Source: a virus
Virus record (IMG/VR): IMGVR_UViG_3300045988_012220
Coordinates: 32,001 to 96,000 of that record
Reading direction: 5' to 3' (one strand)
Length of the DNA: 64,000 bases
Part shown: piece by piece, positions 25,070-38,283 of the stretch
How positions within the stretch are numbered: position 1 is the first letter of the stretch
How the letters are laid out: each line of letters begins with the position of its first letter
Position numbers and translations under genes: made by a program
The notes under the pieces: model-generated
The model's database searches: none
Told to the model about the DNA's origin: nothing
What the model saw: only the letters and a program-made list of their open reading frames with translations

Positions 25070-25323
25070 TGGAAGTACTTAGTAAAACTGGACTAGATAC
25101 GCTCTGGTCTAAAATAAAAGCTAAATTTGCTCTAATATCCGATCTCAATGCATTAACAACAAGGGTTTCTACCTTGGAGGCGTCATTAAAATCTTTAACA
25201 AAAACAGTTAATAATCTTCCTACAGCAGTAACTAATGATTAGAAGTATCTTCGTAAAGACCAAGATGATTCTACAAGTTATAATATAACAGCAAAAGGTG
25301 TTTATAAAGCTAAAACAGCATGA
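25069..25323 (+). CDS. small fibre-associated coiled-coil protein (84 aa)
   Basis: TAATG start. N-terminal GLDTLWSKIKAKF motif as seen in fibre proteins. One TAG. TGA stop overlaps the next ATG. Confidence 0.55.
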
Positions 25324-25766
25324 AGTTAACATTAAAGAGAATAGCTTTAAAACCAACATATACAATTGGTAAGCTATACATAGACGATAATTATTTCTGT
25401 GATACATTGGAGGATACCGTAAGAGACATTAATAAAGACGGTAAGTTTGATAACGGAGAGAAAAAGATTAAAGGTAAAACTGCTATTCCGTACGGTACGT
25501 ACGAGATAACAACAAATGTTGTTAGTCAGAGATTTAAAAATAGGGTATGGGCGAAGCCATACGGTGGCAAAATACCAAGATTAATAAATGTACCATCGTT
25601 TGATGGTGTACTTTTGCATCCAGGATCGTCATCCGCAGACACAAGCGGTTGCCTTCTTGTTGGGAAAAATACTATAGTTGGTAGATTAACCGACTCGTAG
25701 AAAACGTTTCACATGTTAATGCAAAAGATAAAAGATTAGAAGAATTTAATTATAGAAATAATTTAA
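25320..25766 (+). CDS. putative endolysin / cell-wall enzyme (DUF5675-like, 148 aa)
   Basis: TIGKLYIDDNYFCDTLED...KTAIPYGTYEI...VPSFDGVLLHPGSSSADTSGCLLVG matches my recollection of the DUF5675 family. Followed by membrane-protein genes. Two TAG lie near the 3' end. Confidence 0.6.
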
Positions 25767-25768
25767 TT

Positions 25769-26572
25769 ATGGAAAGCGGAGAAAAACTAGAAGAATGGAG
25801 AAAAAGAAAATCCTTATCCGACTTAATAAATAACAACAAATATCTATTTAACTCTTGGAGAGCTTTTAGATATACACAAAAAGGTAAAAGCATAGGTAAT
25901 GATCCTTCGTGGAATTCATTTTAGAATTTTTATAACGATATGCATGATAGTTATAAACCTGGTTTACAATTATCTAGATTAGATAAAACTAAGTGGTTTT
26001 GTAAAGACAATTGCACATGGTTAACTAGCGAAGAGAATAACCTGCTGAAAGGAAATTATATACGCATTAAATATAACGGAAAGTCTTTAACATTTAAAGA
26101 GTGGTCTGCAGAAATAGGTGTTCGCGCCAGTGCTATAAAAAACAGATATTTTAAACACAAAGATTGGTGTGTAAAAGATATTTTGTATGGCAAACGTAGC
26201 AAAAGAGGCGGCAAAAATGTTAAAGATTGGAGGGTGTCGTCTATGACAATTCGACAGAAGGCGTCTAAAATGATTTCTGCGTATAAACACAGAGATATGT
26301 ATAATGGCCTTACAGTGTGTGATATAGATATAGATTGGATGATTGAAAACATTATTAAAAAGCCGTGTGTCTATTGTGGCGACACTCACCGTGTAGGTTG
26401 TGATAGGATTGATAATCATTTTGGGCACACAAAAGATAATGTTGTTCCGTGTTGTTACGAATGCAATTGTGCTAGAAATAATAATTTCACGCATGAAGAA
26501 ATGCTTATTCTTGGTAAAGCTATAAAATAGATTAAAGAGCAACGTGAGCAAAATAACAGGAACATGGCGTGA
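25769..26572 (+). CDS. free-standing HNH homing endonuclease (267 aa; 253 aa if TAG 26528 terminates)
   Basis: HNH core CDRIDNHFGHTKDNVVPCCYECNCARNN, with upstream CxxC and a helix-turn-helix-like LTFKEWSAEIGVRASAIKNRY. In-frame TAG at 25922. AT-rich relative to its neighbours. Confidence 0.8.
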
Positions 26573-26834
26573 GAAAATTTAGTATACAACCGCATGTCTC
26601 GCGTTTTTAAGCGGTTAGGCTCTAACTTGGATATAGTATTTACAATAGGGCGAAATCTCCACAGGAGTACTAGGGTTTGTAGCCCAAACATTAGTTTATT
26701 CTGCTAGTATCTATGGAGTATCTATTTATATACAAGGCAAGTTTGGAGAAATGAGAACATATTTAAAAGAATATTTAACAAACAATGAAGCAGCTAATTC
26801 AAACAATAAAGAAGAACTACAAGCTGCTGCTTAA
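26544..26834 (+). CDS. candidate holin (96 aa, two predicted TM segments, charged C-terminus)
   Basis: Frame 3 is open from 26526 to TAA 26832-26834 if TAG 26580, 26616, 26634 and 26646 are sense. Hydrophobic YTTACLAFLSGQALTWIQYL and TGVLGFVAQTLVYSASIYGVSIYI are followed by a KE-rich tail. The only start candidate is GTG 26544. Confidence 0.4.
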
Positions 26835-27435
26835 CGCTGTTTTAGGGCTTCTGATGGCCTTTTGTTTAGCGTCTGGTATATTCTACCACAACAAAGCTAA
26901 TAGGCTCTCAGAAGAGCTTAAAATGGCTAATAACAACATCGAAGCCTATTAGGATGCCTTATATGGTGCCTAGTAGGCTTCTGGTGTTTTAAGACTAGAT
27001 GCAAATAAGCTGTCAGAATATAATGATAAGCTTGTATAGTAGATAGACTCTATTAGGAAGATACAGAAAGTCAAAAAGAACGAAATATAGGTAGCAGCAA
27101 CTCAAAAGTAGATATTAAACGTTAATAAAAGTAATGGGGTAGGGGGTGATATTATAACAATTATTAAAGACTCTACTTATAAAGATAGTCTATAGTACAA
27201 CCCTCTAACTAAAGTATACTATACAATCGGTAAAGATAGTGTTAATATTAAGCTTGATGTATAGAATACATAGTACCTCTATATTTATAAGCATAGAGAA
27301 TATAAGAATAAAAAGAACTTCTTTAAGAGACTTATAACATTTGATTGGAAAAAGAAAGATGTATATAAATACAAGATACATAATACAAACGATTTACTTA
27401 AAGAAGATAGTATTAAAATAATAGAAGCGATATGA
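26785..27435 (+). CDS. spanin-like type II membrane protein (N-terminal TM plus coiled coil, 216 aa)
   Basis: N-terminus is MKQLIQTIKKNYKLLLNAVLGLLMAFCLASGIFY, followed by a Q-rich coiled coil with many TAG. Stop is TGA 27433-27435, overlapping the next ATG. Confidence 0.55.
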
Positions 27436-28118
27436 ATTACTTTTCACTTAGAACATTAATAGATGATATTCTTCTTATTGTCCGCAATAACAACATAAGT
27501 GAAAGTGAGGATCTTTCAAGGGATTAGATAGCGTCTTGGATAATACAGTATAAGACTTATCTACAAAAGAAGAAAGAGGATCAAGATAAAGAAAACGACG
27601 AAGACGAACCAGATGATTCACTGTAGTCGACTGTTGGTCCTATTGAATTAATTGTAGATAAAACAGAAAAGAATATAGACTGTGAAGATTGTTGCTGTGA
27701 TATAATCAAGCGTACAAAAGATCAAATACATACAGTAAACAAGAGTACTGACGACATAGTTAGTGTATGTGATAAGAATGGTTGTGTTATACAGTATATG
27801 CATAAGCTTAGAAAGCATTATCATAACTTTAGAAGATACACTTATGCAGAACCTGTATGCTGGTTTGATGACGGTTATATTTATGTAGAAGGAGATGTTG
27901 ATTCAATAAACTCTGTATACATTACAGGATATATAGACGAATCTAAAACTGCTAATACAGAAGACGATATAACAATACCAGGTTGGATGATCCCTGACAT
28001 AAAGAAAGCTATACTTACAAATGAGCTTGCGTTTATGATTAAGAGACCTAGTGATGATAGTAATAATTCAACATTAGCTAGTGTAAAACCAAATGGTCCT
28101 CAAGATAAGGAAGAATAA
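27432..28118 (+). CDS. hypothetical structural protein (228 aa; possible head-tail adaptor by position)
   Basis: ATG 27432 is in frame with ORF 27798-28118 through two TAG. Confidence 0.7.
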
Positions 28119-28560
28119 AAAGAGTTATACGATCTCAGATATATATAGAGCGTATAATAAAATCAATGAGAACGTGCCATATTTGCGATATAAGCGCATA
28201 TTGGACGAGTTTAATAAAGTTGTAAAGGATGAGATTTTAGAGCGCTCACAGCTGTTTAAAATGCCTTATGGGCTTGGTAGTATATGTATAGTAAAATACA
28301 AGCCAAAGTCATATACACCTAAATCATTATCTGTAGATTACAAAACGTCTAGAGAAGAAGGTAAAAAGATATACCACTTAAACGAGCACTCTAATGGATA
28401 CAAATACAGATTATACTGGACAAAGATACCTAGAACGTTTCCAAAAAGATATATGTATCAGATACAGTTTGTAAGAGATAACAAAAGGCATCTAGCACAA
28501 CTTATATTCAATAAACAAGATTATATAAACATAAATGATATTCAAGTATACAAAATGTGA
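28093..28560 (+). CDS. small basic protein (155 aa; possible IHF/HU-like DNA-binding protein)
   Basis: Intact TAG-free ORF, Lys/Arg-rich. crAss-like structural modules are reported to contain an IHF-like gene near here. The assignment is tentative. Confidence 0.65.
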   Translation: MVLKIRKNKKSYTISDIYRAYNKINENVPYLRYKRILDEFNKVVKDEILERSQLFKMPYGLGSICIVKYKPKSYTPKSLSVDYKTSREEGKKIYHLNEHSNGYKYRLYWTKIPRTFPKRYMYQIQFVRDNKRHLAQLIFNKQDYININDIQVYKM

Positions 28561-28579
28561 ATCTGTTATAGCCAAGATA

Positions 28580-29398
28580 ATGGCTGATGCAGATATGTCG
28601 GAAAAGAATATTCGGGTCACAGATATACGTGAATGGATATTCGAAGCTGTTGAAAAGATAGGTGCACCAGTATAGTATGTATAGAAGGAATCCGGAGATG
28701 ATTGTGTTCCTGTATTTGAGATACATGAAAATCAAATACCTATACCAGATGATCTAGAATCTCTTACATCTGTAGCGTACTCATTAGATGGTACGAATTG
28801 GATGTAGGCAAGAAAGGATGAAAGTTCGTTTAAGCTAAAAGCAAACGCTCATAAGAATCCTAGCTATGATCCACAATAGCCACTTAGATAGCCTTTGATA
28901 ACACATAGATCTTAGTTGCTAGGTATTAATGGTTCAACAGCTGTACTAAACGTATTAAACAACAAAAATATTAATGAGCCAACATATTGGATTAAACCTG
29001 GCTGGATAGTATTTAACAAAGATAAGGGCTTTGTAAAGCTTTCGTATAAAGCAATTGCTACCGACGAAAGAGGTTATCCTCTTATCCCTGATTTAGCCTC
29101 ATATCAAGAAGCAATATACTGGTATGTAATGATGAAGCTTAGTTTTCCTAAGTTCTTAAAAGGATAGCTTGGCGGTAAAGTAAGATTTAGCTAGAATACT
29201 TATTTTTACATACAGCAGCAATGGAACTTCTACAGAAATCAGGCATATGCAGAAGCAATGATGCCTAATGAAAGTGAGATGTCTTCAATAAAGAACGAAT
29301 GGACAAAGCTTATTCCAGATTGGGATTCTGATGACACGCTGTTTAATAACGTTGGAAAGAGATAGTTAAACTTTAATGATTACTGCTATGGCTACTGA
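28580..29398 (+). CDS. hypothetical structural protein (272 aa)
   Basis: ATG 28580 is in frame with ORF 28916-29167. Stop is TGA 29396-29398. Confidence 0.6.
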
Positions 29399-32300
29399 TA
29401 ATAATACATTCGTAAATAGCTTTGTGACAGGAATAGATAGTGATAGCTCTTTAGATAGAGTAAAAAACACTAGTTACCTAGAAGCTAAGAACATTAGAGT
29501 GTTATCCTTTGATTCCGCAAACCAACACGGTTCTATTAAACCTATAAACGGAATAAAGTAGGTTGGATCGATAAAGGATGAAAAGGTAGAGAGAATATTG
29601 GCTACAGGAGCAGTACGAGATAGAGGTGTAATTATATACATATCAGAGAAGAGAGGTAAACCAGAGTTCTGTATATCCTGCTTTGATAATAAAATTGGAC
29701 AAGATAGTGATACAGACAACTCTGTAAATGAGATATAGACTATATCTAACATATTTAGATCAGAGTTGATAGATTGGCCTACAGATAGATCTAAGTGGCC
29801 TAAGAATGTATCTATTACGTTTAAGTATGAAGGTGACGATAATATTAAATTATATGTTGCTACTGGATTTAACCCTATAATGGTGTTTAACATAGCTAAA
29901 TTGTATAGCTACAACAATACATCATTCAATACAGTTTAGTCTTATCCAAAGATTATATTTCAGAAGCCTAAGTTTGTTAAGTATGTAGATGGAACCCTTA
30001 AGACATCTTATGTAAGCTACTCGTACTAGATATACAGTAATCACGGAGTATCTACTGATATTTCCCCAGCTTGTTAGTCTATACCTGTTATTAATGTTCC
30101 TTCAGACAGAACTGATGTGTTAGGAATAAAAACAGATTAGTTTGACAAGAAAACAAACTGCGGTGTTTAGATTCTTATTAAGCCAGAGACTGATTATTCT
30201 TTTCTTAACAGAATAAAGATATATAGAATCTCAGTACAGATTAATGGTTAGTTACCAACTATTGAGGTTATATACGATTCTGCATACGAGCCAAATAGAA
30301 ATGGAGATTTCTTTGTAAACGATACTGGTCAGCAAGCTCTGGATACTATAACAATAGAAGAGTACAACAGTATGTCTGGAGTACATATTATTCCAAAGGT
30401 TATAGAAAGTAAGGATAACATATTGTTCGCTGCAAACATACAAGAAAGATCAACCTTTATAGATACGGAACTTTTTAAGAAGTGGGATGCCAGATCATTT
30501 AGAGCTAATGGACAAGGATAGATAATATTACAAAATACGTCCGGAAATCAAAAGGTAACATACAAATGGTCTGAGCTTAATGAATTATCTATAAGTAATG
30601 GGTACATAGAAAAGGATTCTTATAACCCATACAACGATGTAAACAAACAGTATTATCTTAGTGATTCGTACTGTATATATGACAAAGATAATTTCTACGG
30701 AGGAACAGGAGTAAATGTTTCCTGGAGATTTACGGTTACATATATTCCTATTGATACTTGTAGTACTACTGGATCTAATGAGATTGGAACAATGTGGAAT
30801 GTCCTTAAGGTTAAGAATACGCAGGATAGACCAATTCTTTATTTCATTAACAAGGATGGGCTTTAGAAAGCCGATATCGAGATATCTACAGAAGAGGGTA
30901 GAATTAATAACTCGTGGGTAACAAAGTCCCTTAAACGAAACGAATTGTACAGATATGGTATTATATTGTACGATTCTACTGGAAGTCCTAGTCCTGTTAA
31001 ATGGATAGCAGATATTCGTACACCAAACCTGTATGATAAGTATTTTAATACATTTATATCTCACTACAATAATATGTATGATCTTGCATCTATTCCACTT
31101 GGTATTGCATTCAATGTTAAAAATTTGCCAGAAGGATGTACAGGATATGAGATTGTAAGATGCTAGAGAAGAGAGTAGGATATAGCTTCAATAGCGCAGG
31201 GTGTTATTAGTAAGCCAATAGTTGGATATAGTACACCTGAATGCCATAGGCCAGATAGAACTACATACTTCCCTACAGGATTACTTACAACAGCAATGGT
31301 GGCCCAAGGATCAATATTTAAGTATTTTACAGAGAATTATAATCCTGCTAACGATGGTAAAAAAGTAGATGCGATCCAAGCTGCTGGTAAAGTATGTGCA
31401 TCAAATTTTGGTAATACATAGATATTCTAGTTTGTATCAGCTGAAACAACTTATTAGCCAGAGTCTGTAAAGGTGCTTACAAATAACAAAGATTTCAAGT
31501 TAGAGCCCCTTAGATATATTTTTGGTCAAAGCGGAAAGTTCTAGAAAGAAAAGCATATTGGAAACAAATATTTCATGAGCCCTGGTATTTCAAATACCAA
31601 TATATATACAAAGCCAGATTAGACTAATGATGGTAAATCCTATGAATGGAAATACTATACTAATAAGAGTGGTGGCGGATACACTGATTACCAATACAAG
31701 TCTTCTCCATACATTCTTAAGATGCTTACAGCACATTTGAAAACAATGTACTACAAAGCTGATGTATCAGATAAGATGTGGACATGTTTAAGCCCTGGTA
31801 AGATAGATGAGAATATTAAGTATTCTGGATCTGATATGAACAAAATAGATGATAAGGTTTTTGCTTACATAAAACTGTATGAACAGGGATGTTCGTTAAG
31901 AACAAGGGTATGCGGGACAACTGATCATCTTATTGATTACGGCCCAAGCTCAATGGACGAGCATATTGATAACAATACAAAACTTGCTGATATCGATGAT
32001 ATATAGATAGCTTCTGAGTTAAAATGGAATGAAGTAATTAAAAGAACATTCCTAGAAAAAGGCTCAAATTCAGATGTTAAAGAAAATGGTAAATGGTGGC
32101 CAACAATAGAATATAACAATCATATAGATTCTGTAGGCAAATACTAGTTCTGCAATACTGTATTTTATGGATGTGATGGAGCTGTTATAGATAGAGGAGG
32201 AATTGAAGGAGATGATAACACAACAATTGCACACGATATGGTAGATGGTGCAGATTAGGGTGATGTTATAGGAGATGATAATCCCGGATATATCCTAAGA

Positions 32301-34037
32301 TTCCCATTTAGTACTGGAGGTAGATGCGCTTTGTTATCAATGAAAAATGATTGCGCAAATATGTTGTTCAATAGTATTATTGGAGCATAGTCTTATTATA
32401 AAAACGTTGATAATAATCTATAGGAATTCAATTCTTTTTCAAGTTACTACAAGGTCAACATTAATAGTATTCCAGGAACTGTGTTGTGCAATATAAGAAA
32501 AACAGTAACTCCATATGATGGGTGTACAGAGAAATCAATAACTGCTAGTACATATAGATCTGATGGTCAGTTCTTTACAAAAGAAAATGAATGGAATGCA
32601 GTATTCGATGGAGATACTTATATATCTGTACTTGATTACACATCAATGCATAAAGCTACTTGCAACTTCTTGAAAGGAAAGGATGATAGGGCTAGTAGAG
32701 ATTATAGTGATTATAGGTCACCTTCAATGATGCTTGGATATGCCATACCGGTAGAATCTAATATAAATTGCAGATTTGCATATGGCTACGAATTCTCAAA
32801 GAACTCTACAAATGAAGGGGCATCTATGATTTAGATTGAGCCTGCTAATGTAAACAATATGTATACTCAAACTGAGCCAGAATACTTGTTTAACACAACA
32901 TATGCTGCAGAAAACAATAGTAGAATTCACGCTGCTTTTGATACTACAAATATAGAAGACTTTAATAAGAATGTTGACTATATGTGTAGATATTCTATGT
33001 TAAAAGAAGACAATGAGCACATTGATAGCTGGACTAAGTTTTAGAGCTCAAACTATCTTGATGTAGATAGTAAGTATGGCAAAATAACTGGTTTGAGAAC
33101 ATATAAACAATGGCTTGTATTCTGGTAGCAGATGGCTACAGGCTTATTGTCTGTCAATGAAAGAGCTATAACAGATAGCACTAATGGAACACAGCTTATT
33201 CTTGGTACTGGTGGAGTGCTTAGTAGATATGATTATCTAGATCAAACAACTGGTATGCATAATGACGAGTTATGTGATACTTAGTCTAGTTCTACATTGT
33301 ACTGGTTTGATCACCATAATCAAGAGGTTAGATCATTTGATGGTTAGGGTGTATATCCTTTAAGTAAGGCGTTATAGGCTTAGAATATATTGTACAAGTA
33401 TTAGAATAAAGATTCTAATCCATCGTTATTCTTTGATAATAGAAACAACGAAGTTATATGCAAAGTAATTGGAGACGACTCATTTGTATATAATGAAGCT
33501 GCAAAAGCATTCCCTTCAATCTACACAATACCGTTTGATGGTTCTATACAGTTTAGCAATAAAACATTATTGGTAAAGAATATAAACGGAGATATAAAGA
33601 TTGCATAGTGGGATGCAGATAATAAATATACAACATCTTGGGAAGAGGAAATATTGCCAACATATATCAAGTATGTTGTAAATAGTGTTCCTACAGCGAC
33701 TAAAGTGTTTGATAATCAAGAGATAATTACACCTCAAGACGAGTTCTAGTATATCGATATAAAGGACGATAAGAAAGATAGAGATTCTTATTTCGGCTTA
33801 TCTAAACAATATAAATGGTCTACAGACTCTGGTATGAAGGCAGAGGATGACTTACATGGAAAGATAACTATAAGAGAGCATAATTATAGATATGCTATTC
33901 CTAGAGATACTAGAGCAAATGCTTATGGTTCAAGAATGAGAGGTAAATATCTTGTGTGCGAAATGTAGGATAATAAGCCAAATACTAATGTTGCTATACA
34001 GTATATATTAACTAAATTTAGAGCATCATGGATTTAA
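29376..34037 (+). CDS. large tail structural protein (1553 aa)
   Basis: Five track ORFs (29376, 30945, 31722, 32481, 32859) share one frame. I translated 29559-31740 by hand and found only TAG interruptions. Stop is TAA 34035-34037. Confidence 0.85.
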
Positions 34038-34945
34038 GATAGAGAAAAAGAATAAATAACGTTCCAAGATATAAAAGTGGAGCCGATCTTAACTAGAAAG
34101 TTGGATTCACTGGACAATCTTAGCAGGATGTAGCTAATGATTTAACTAGCATGATTGGTAGTAATGCTCCAGTTGGATCTGTTGTAGCTGGATCTGGTAG
34201 CAGTAGTCCATCTTTTAACATTGGATAGATGGCTCCTAGTAAATGGAACAATAATGGCGGACTAAACACTTCTTCTGCTGCTGGATCTATTATGGGTCAA
34301 GTAGGAAATGCTTTTGGTGGAGCGTTTGATTAGAGCTCTAAATTTACTAATGGCGCATCAAAATCTCTTGGCTAGTTCGGAGATCTTGCTTCGAAGATAC
34401 CAGGTCCATATGGATAGGCTATAGGGGGAGTATTTAAGCTTGCTTCAAACTATTCTGGAATGGCAAATTATAGTCACGATAGTTCCGAGATGATGAACTA
34501 GGCAGGAACAACAGAAAGTTCAATAAATGGTATAGGATACACAAGGCAGAATGTAACTGATACAAAAGCTGCTTATAATGATGTGTCAAAGACTGGTTTA
34601 AATAACACAATATCTAGTACTGGAACAGGTGCAGCTACAGGAGCAGCTATAGGCTCAATTATTCCTGGCTTAGGAACAGTAGCAGGAGGTATAATTGGAG
34701 GCATTATAGGTGGCATAGGAAGCTTATTTGGAGCAAGAAAAGCTAGAAGAAGATAGAATAGGATTGGAAGAAACGCCATAATATAGACTGATGTTATAAA
34801 TTCAGCTAATATGGCTTCAGCTGATACTATTGGATTAGAAAATAATTATTACGCAAATAATTATGACACAACTGGTGGTATTCTGTATGCCAATAGAGGA
34901 AAAGATTTAAAATTAAGAAAACGAATTAATAGAGCTAAGGTATGA
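34028..34945 (+). CDS. Gly/Ser-rich protein with a glycine-zipper membrane-like segment (305 aa)
   Basis: Hand translation is open from ATG 34028 to TGA 34943-34945 with about 10 TAG. Contains GAAIGSIIPGLGTVAGGIIGGIIGGIGSLFGARKARRR. Confidence 0.65.
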
Positions 34946-36822
34946 TAAAATAGAAAGTATGGACGCCTAACGGTTATTAGGTTGGTCCAACTAACAGTAT
35001 GGTAGGTAAAGGTGAGTCAATTATAGACTATACAAACGGTACCGGTACACTTGTAACTAAGGGAAAGGTTGGCGTAGATAATCAGCCTAGCTCTGTTAGA
35101 CAAGACGACAGAAATGTTATAGCTGGCAATGATATAGACTGGACTAACGGTGTGAAATTTTCACAACAGATAGCTCCTCTTACAGCTAAATTACAGATGT
35201 ATAATGACATTGAAAAGAAGGCTAATAAAAAACCTGGAATGAGCTCATTATCAAAGTAGACAATGTAGCTTCAAGCTGCCCAATTAGAGCGCGCTAAAGC
35301 CCCTATTTTGCAAGCTATGAAGAATATTACAGACAGATAGGAGAAGTAGCATTAGATCGAAGATTACGCTGCTTAGTTTAAGGCTAATTGTGGCAAAGAT
35401 AGATTCGCTAATGGAAAGAGCATGTGGGAAGGAGTGAAGGACTCTTTTAATAACTGGACTAAAGCTGGTAAAGGAAAAGTATCAAATGCTATGCTTGATA
35501 CAGGCTATATGATTCCTGCTGTTCTTGAAAAGCAAATGCTTAATCATTGGATGAAAGAAAATCCATTGATGCCAAACATTTATGCAGCAAATAGATATGG
35601 TTAGTCTGCTTTACAGACACTTAATAGATTGAGAGTTAATCCTTACAATTAGTTGTAGGCTCTTAATCAGAATGATAGAGCTGCATATTATAGAATGCAG
35701 TAGGATGGTGGATATACTGGAGGATAGAGACAGGCTGGTAGAGTAGCACTTGCTTTAGGTAATGCTAGAAATGTAGCAGATGTACTTAATAATACTGATT
35801 TACAAAATAATAAGTATAGACAAGATTGGGCTACTGCTGCATTAGCTGAAGGTAATCAAGATGCTGCTAGAAGACAAGCTGCCAACCAGTATGCATGGGA
35901 GGCTTATAATAGAGTACACGGTTCTAAAACTAAAGGTATAGAGACTCATTTATCAAATCTTGGTCTTATTGGTCAGAAGTGGTTGTCTCAACGTATTAAG
36001 AACAAGCAATACGGAGACATACTTGATATGTGCCAGTAGGATTTAGATAATAAGAATGCTGCTTTAAAAGCAATATACGGTATAGGAGCAGATGGTAACA
36101 AAGGTACAACTGGTAATACTGGCGACACAAACAACTCTACAGGAAGTGGTGCAAATAATTCGTATACAAGACCAACTGGATAGCCATACGAAATGAATAT
36201 GTACCAACGTAGCATTTAGCCGTAGGAAGATTGGCAGCAGAAAGCTATTTCTGACATCGGCAATTTACCTTTACCAAATTTACCATATTAGTATACAAAC
36301 TACTTAGACACCATAGATTGGAATAAGTATTTTGAAGCTTAGAAAAAATACAACAAAATTATTAAAGGTAACAATGGTATCCCCAAATCTTCTTAGTATA
36401 CGCATTATGACAGTTCCACTGCTACACCGAATAATTATTTGTCTAATTTAATACCGCAAATGATACCAAATTTACCAGATAGTAGTAAATATATGCAAAC
36501 GTACCAAAAGTACATGGGTATACCAATGGATCAATTAAGAAAAAATTACAACAAATATCTTGGCGGTGATCTTTTTGCAGAAAATTCTAAAGAGCCACTT
36601 GGATTTACTAGAACAAGTACACCTGGCAACAAAGATACGATATAGAGATACGGATTTCCAATTGATAGAGATCAAATGATTAGGGGTCTTCTGTTATATA
36701 ATAATAATTTTAAAGTTCCATCTTTAATTCCATTTTAGCCTAATGGAACAGGACAAAGTGATAGGTTACCTGGATTTTATATAAATAAGAGAAACAGAAC
36801 CAATTTTTATACAGGTATTTAA
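34942..36822 (+). CDS. hypothetical virion/cargo protein (626 aa)
   Basis: ATGA overlap at the start. In frame with ORFs 34999-35259, 35422-35604 and 36439-36645. Stop is TAA 36820-36822. Confidence 0.75.
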
Positions 36823-36824
36823 TT

Positions 36825-38276
36825 ATGATAGGAATGTATGACGAACCAGTAGCGGTCCCTATTATAGACCTACTGGACAGCAATATGATGTCGTAGTACA
36901 TCAGTGCTGCAAGAGAACAATATAACTAGGCTATACAGGACCAAAAAGAGTTTGCTAAGGAATTTGGTGATCTGTATAGTCCTAGTCCAGAGCTTAATAA
37001 AGCATATTACGATTAGACTAAGGGTAGGGTAAACAAAGCTATTGACTATATGTATTAGAATGGTATAGACCCTCTTAGATCAGCAGAAGGTAGAGCATAT
37101 ATAGCTAAGATTATTAGAGAAACTCCTTATGATAAGATCTCTAAATGGAAAACAGATGCTGATAATATGAAGACATTCTAGAAGGCTGCAGCATCAATGG
37201 TAGCAGAAGGAAAACTTACCCAAGATTAGCTTAATTGGCAAATGTAGAAATATGGGTTGGATTATGATAAATTTGACCCATATACATAGAATTGGAACAC
37301 TTTGGCACCTACAAAAATGGACACTCTCGAAGATCTTACAAAGATTCCATACAGCGTACTTAAACCAAGTAATCTTACATAGAAGCAAGTTGAATCTATG
37401 GGTTACAAGTATGATCCAAAGAATGATTATACAGGTATCACAGACTAGATGATTATTGATACAGCTGGCAAAGCTATTCCGTCTGTTATGTCTACGGCTG
37501 CTGGTGAATATTATTATGATAAAGCTAAACAGTAGTTACAGTAGGCTGGTGTAACTAATCCTACAGATGACTAGATTAAGCAGCAATTATAGGGTACTGT
37601 GGCACAACTTTGGGAAGGTAAGAAGAATATAGCATGGGATCCTAACAAGTATTCATTGCTCAACTATTAGAATATACTTGCTGATTAGCTTGATGCTAAG
37701 AAGTCTGCTAGAGACCTCGCTAGTCAAAAAGCACTTTTGGATTACAAGTATGCTGATGACGTTAGAAGATCTGTTAATAATATTGGCAGTAGTTCTTCTG
37801 GAAGTAATTATAAAACTATATTTGACACTGCTAGAGAATAGCCTTATACTCCAGTATCAACATCAATAGATGATCTTAGAGCTAATGGTGTAACGCTTGC
37901 AGACCCAGATGCTCGATGGGATGAATACACGTAGTCTCAGTCGTAGGGTGATAGCAATAATAAATAGACACAATCTACCAAATAGCAGATTATTACTGTT
38001 AATGATGGACAATATGTAGCTAGATCTGGAGCATTTAGAAAATTAAATGAAGGCAGGTCTAATAGAGTAAACTATGGACTTTATAAGAAACCTGGAAGAA
38101 AGATTACAGCAACGGTAACATCTGGTCCTACATATAACAAAAAGCTTGGTAAGTATTACATTAAAGCTAATGTTGTATCAGTAAACAATAATCAATCAGC
38201 TGGAACAGTTGGACAAACAATCTGGGTTGAAGTTAAACCTGGATATATAGGAAAAGCACCTAACAAAGCAAATTAA
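36825..38276 (+). CDS. hypothetical virion/cargo protein (483 aa)
   Basis: TAATTATG junction at the start. Hand translation is open to TAA 38274-38276 and very TAG-dense. Confidence 0.7.
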
Positions 38277-38283
38277 TTAAATT

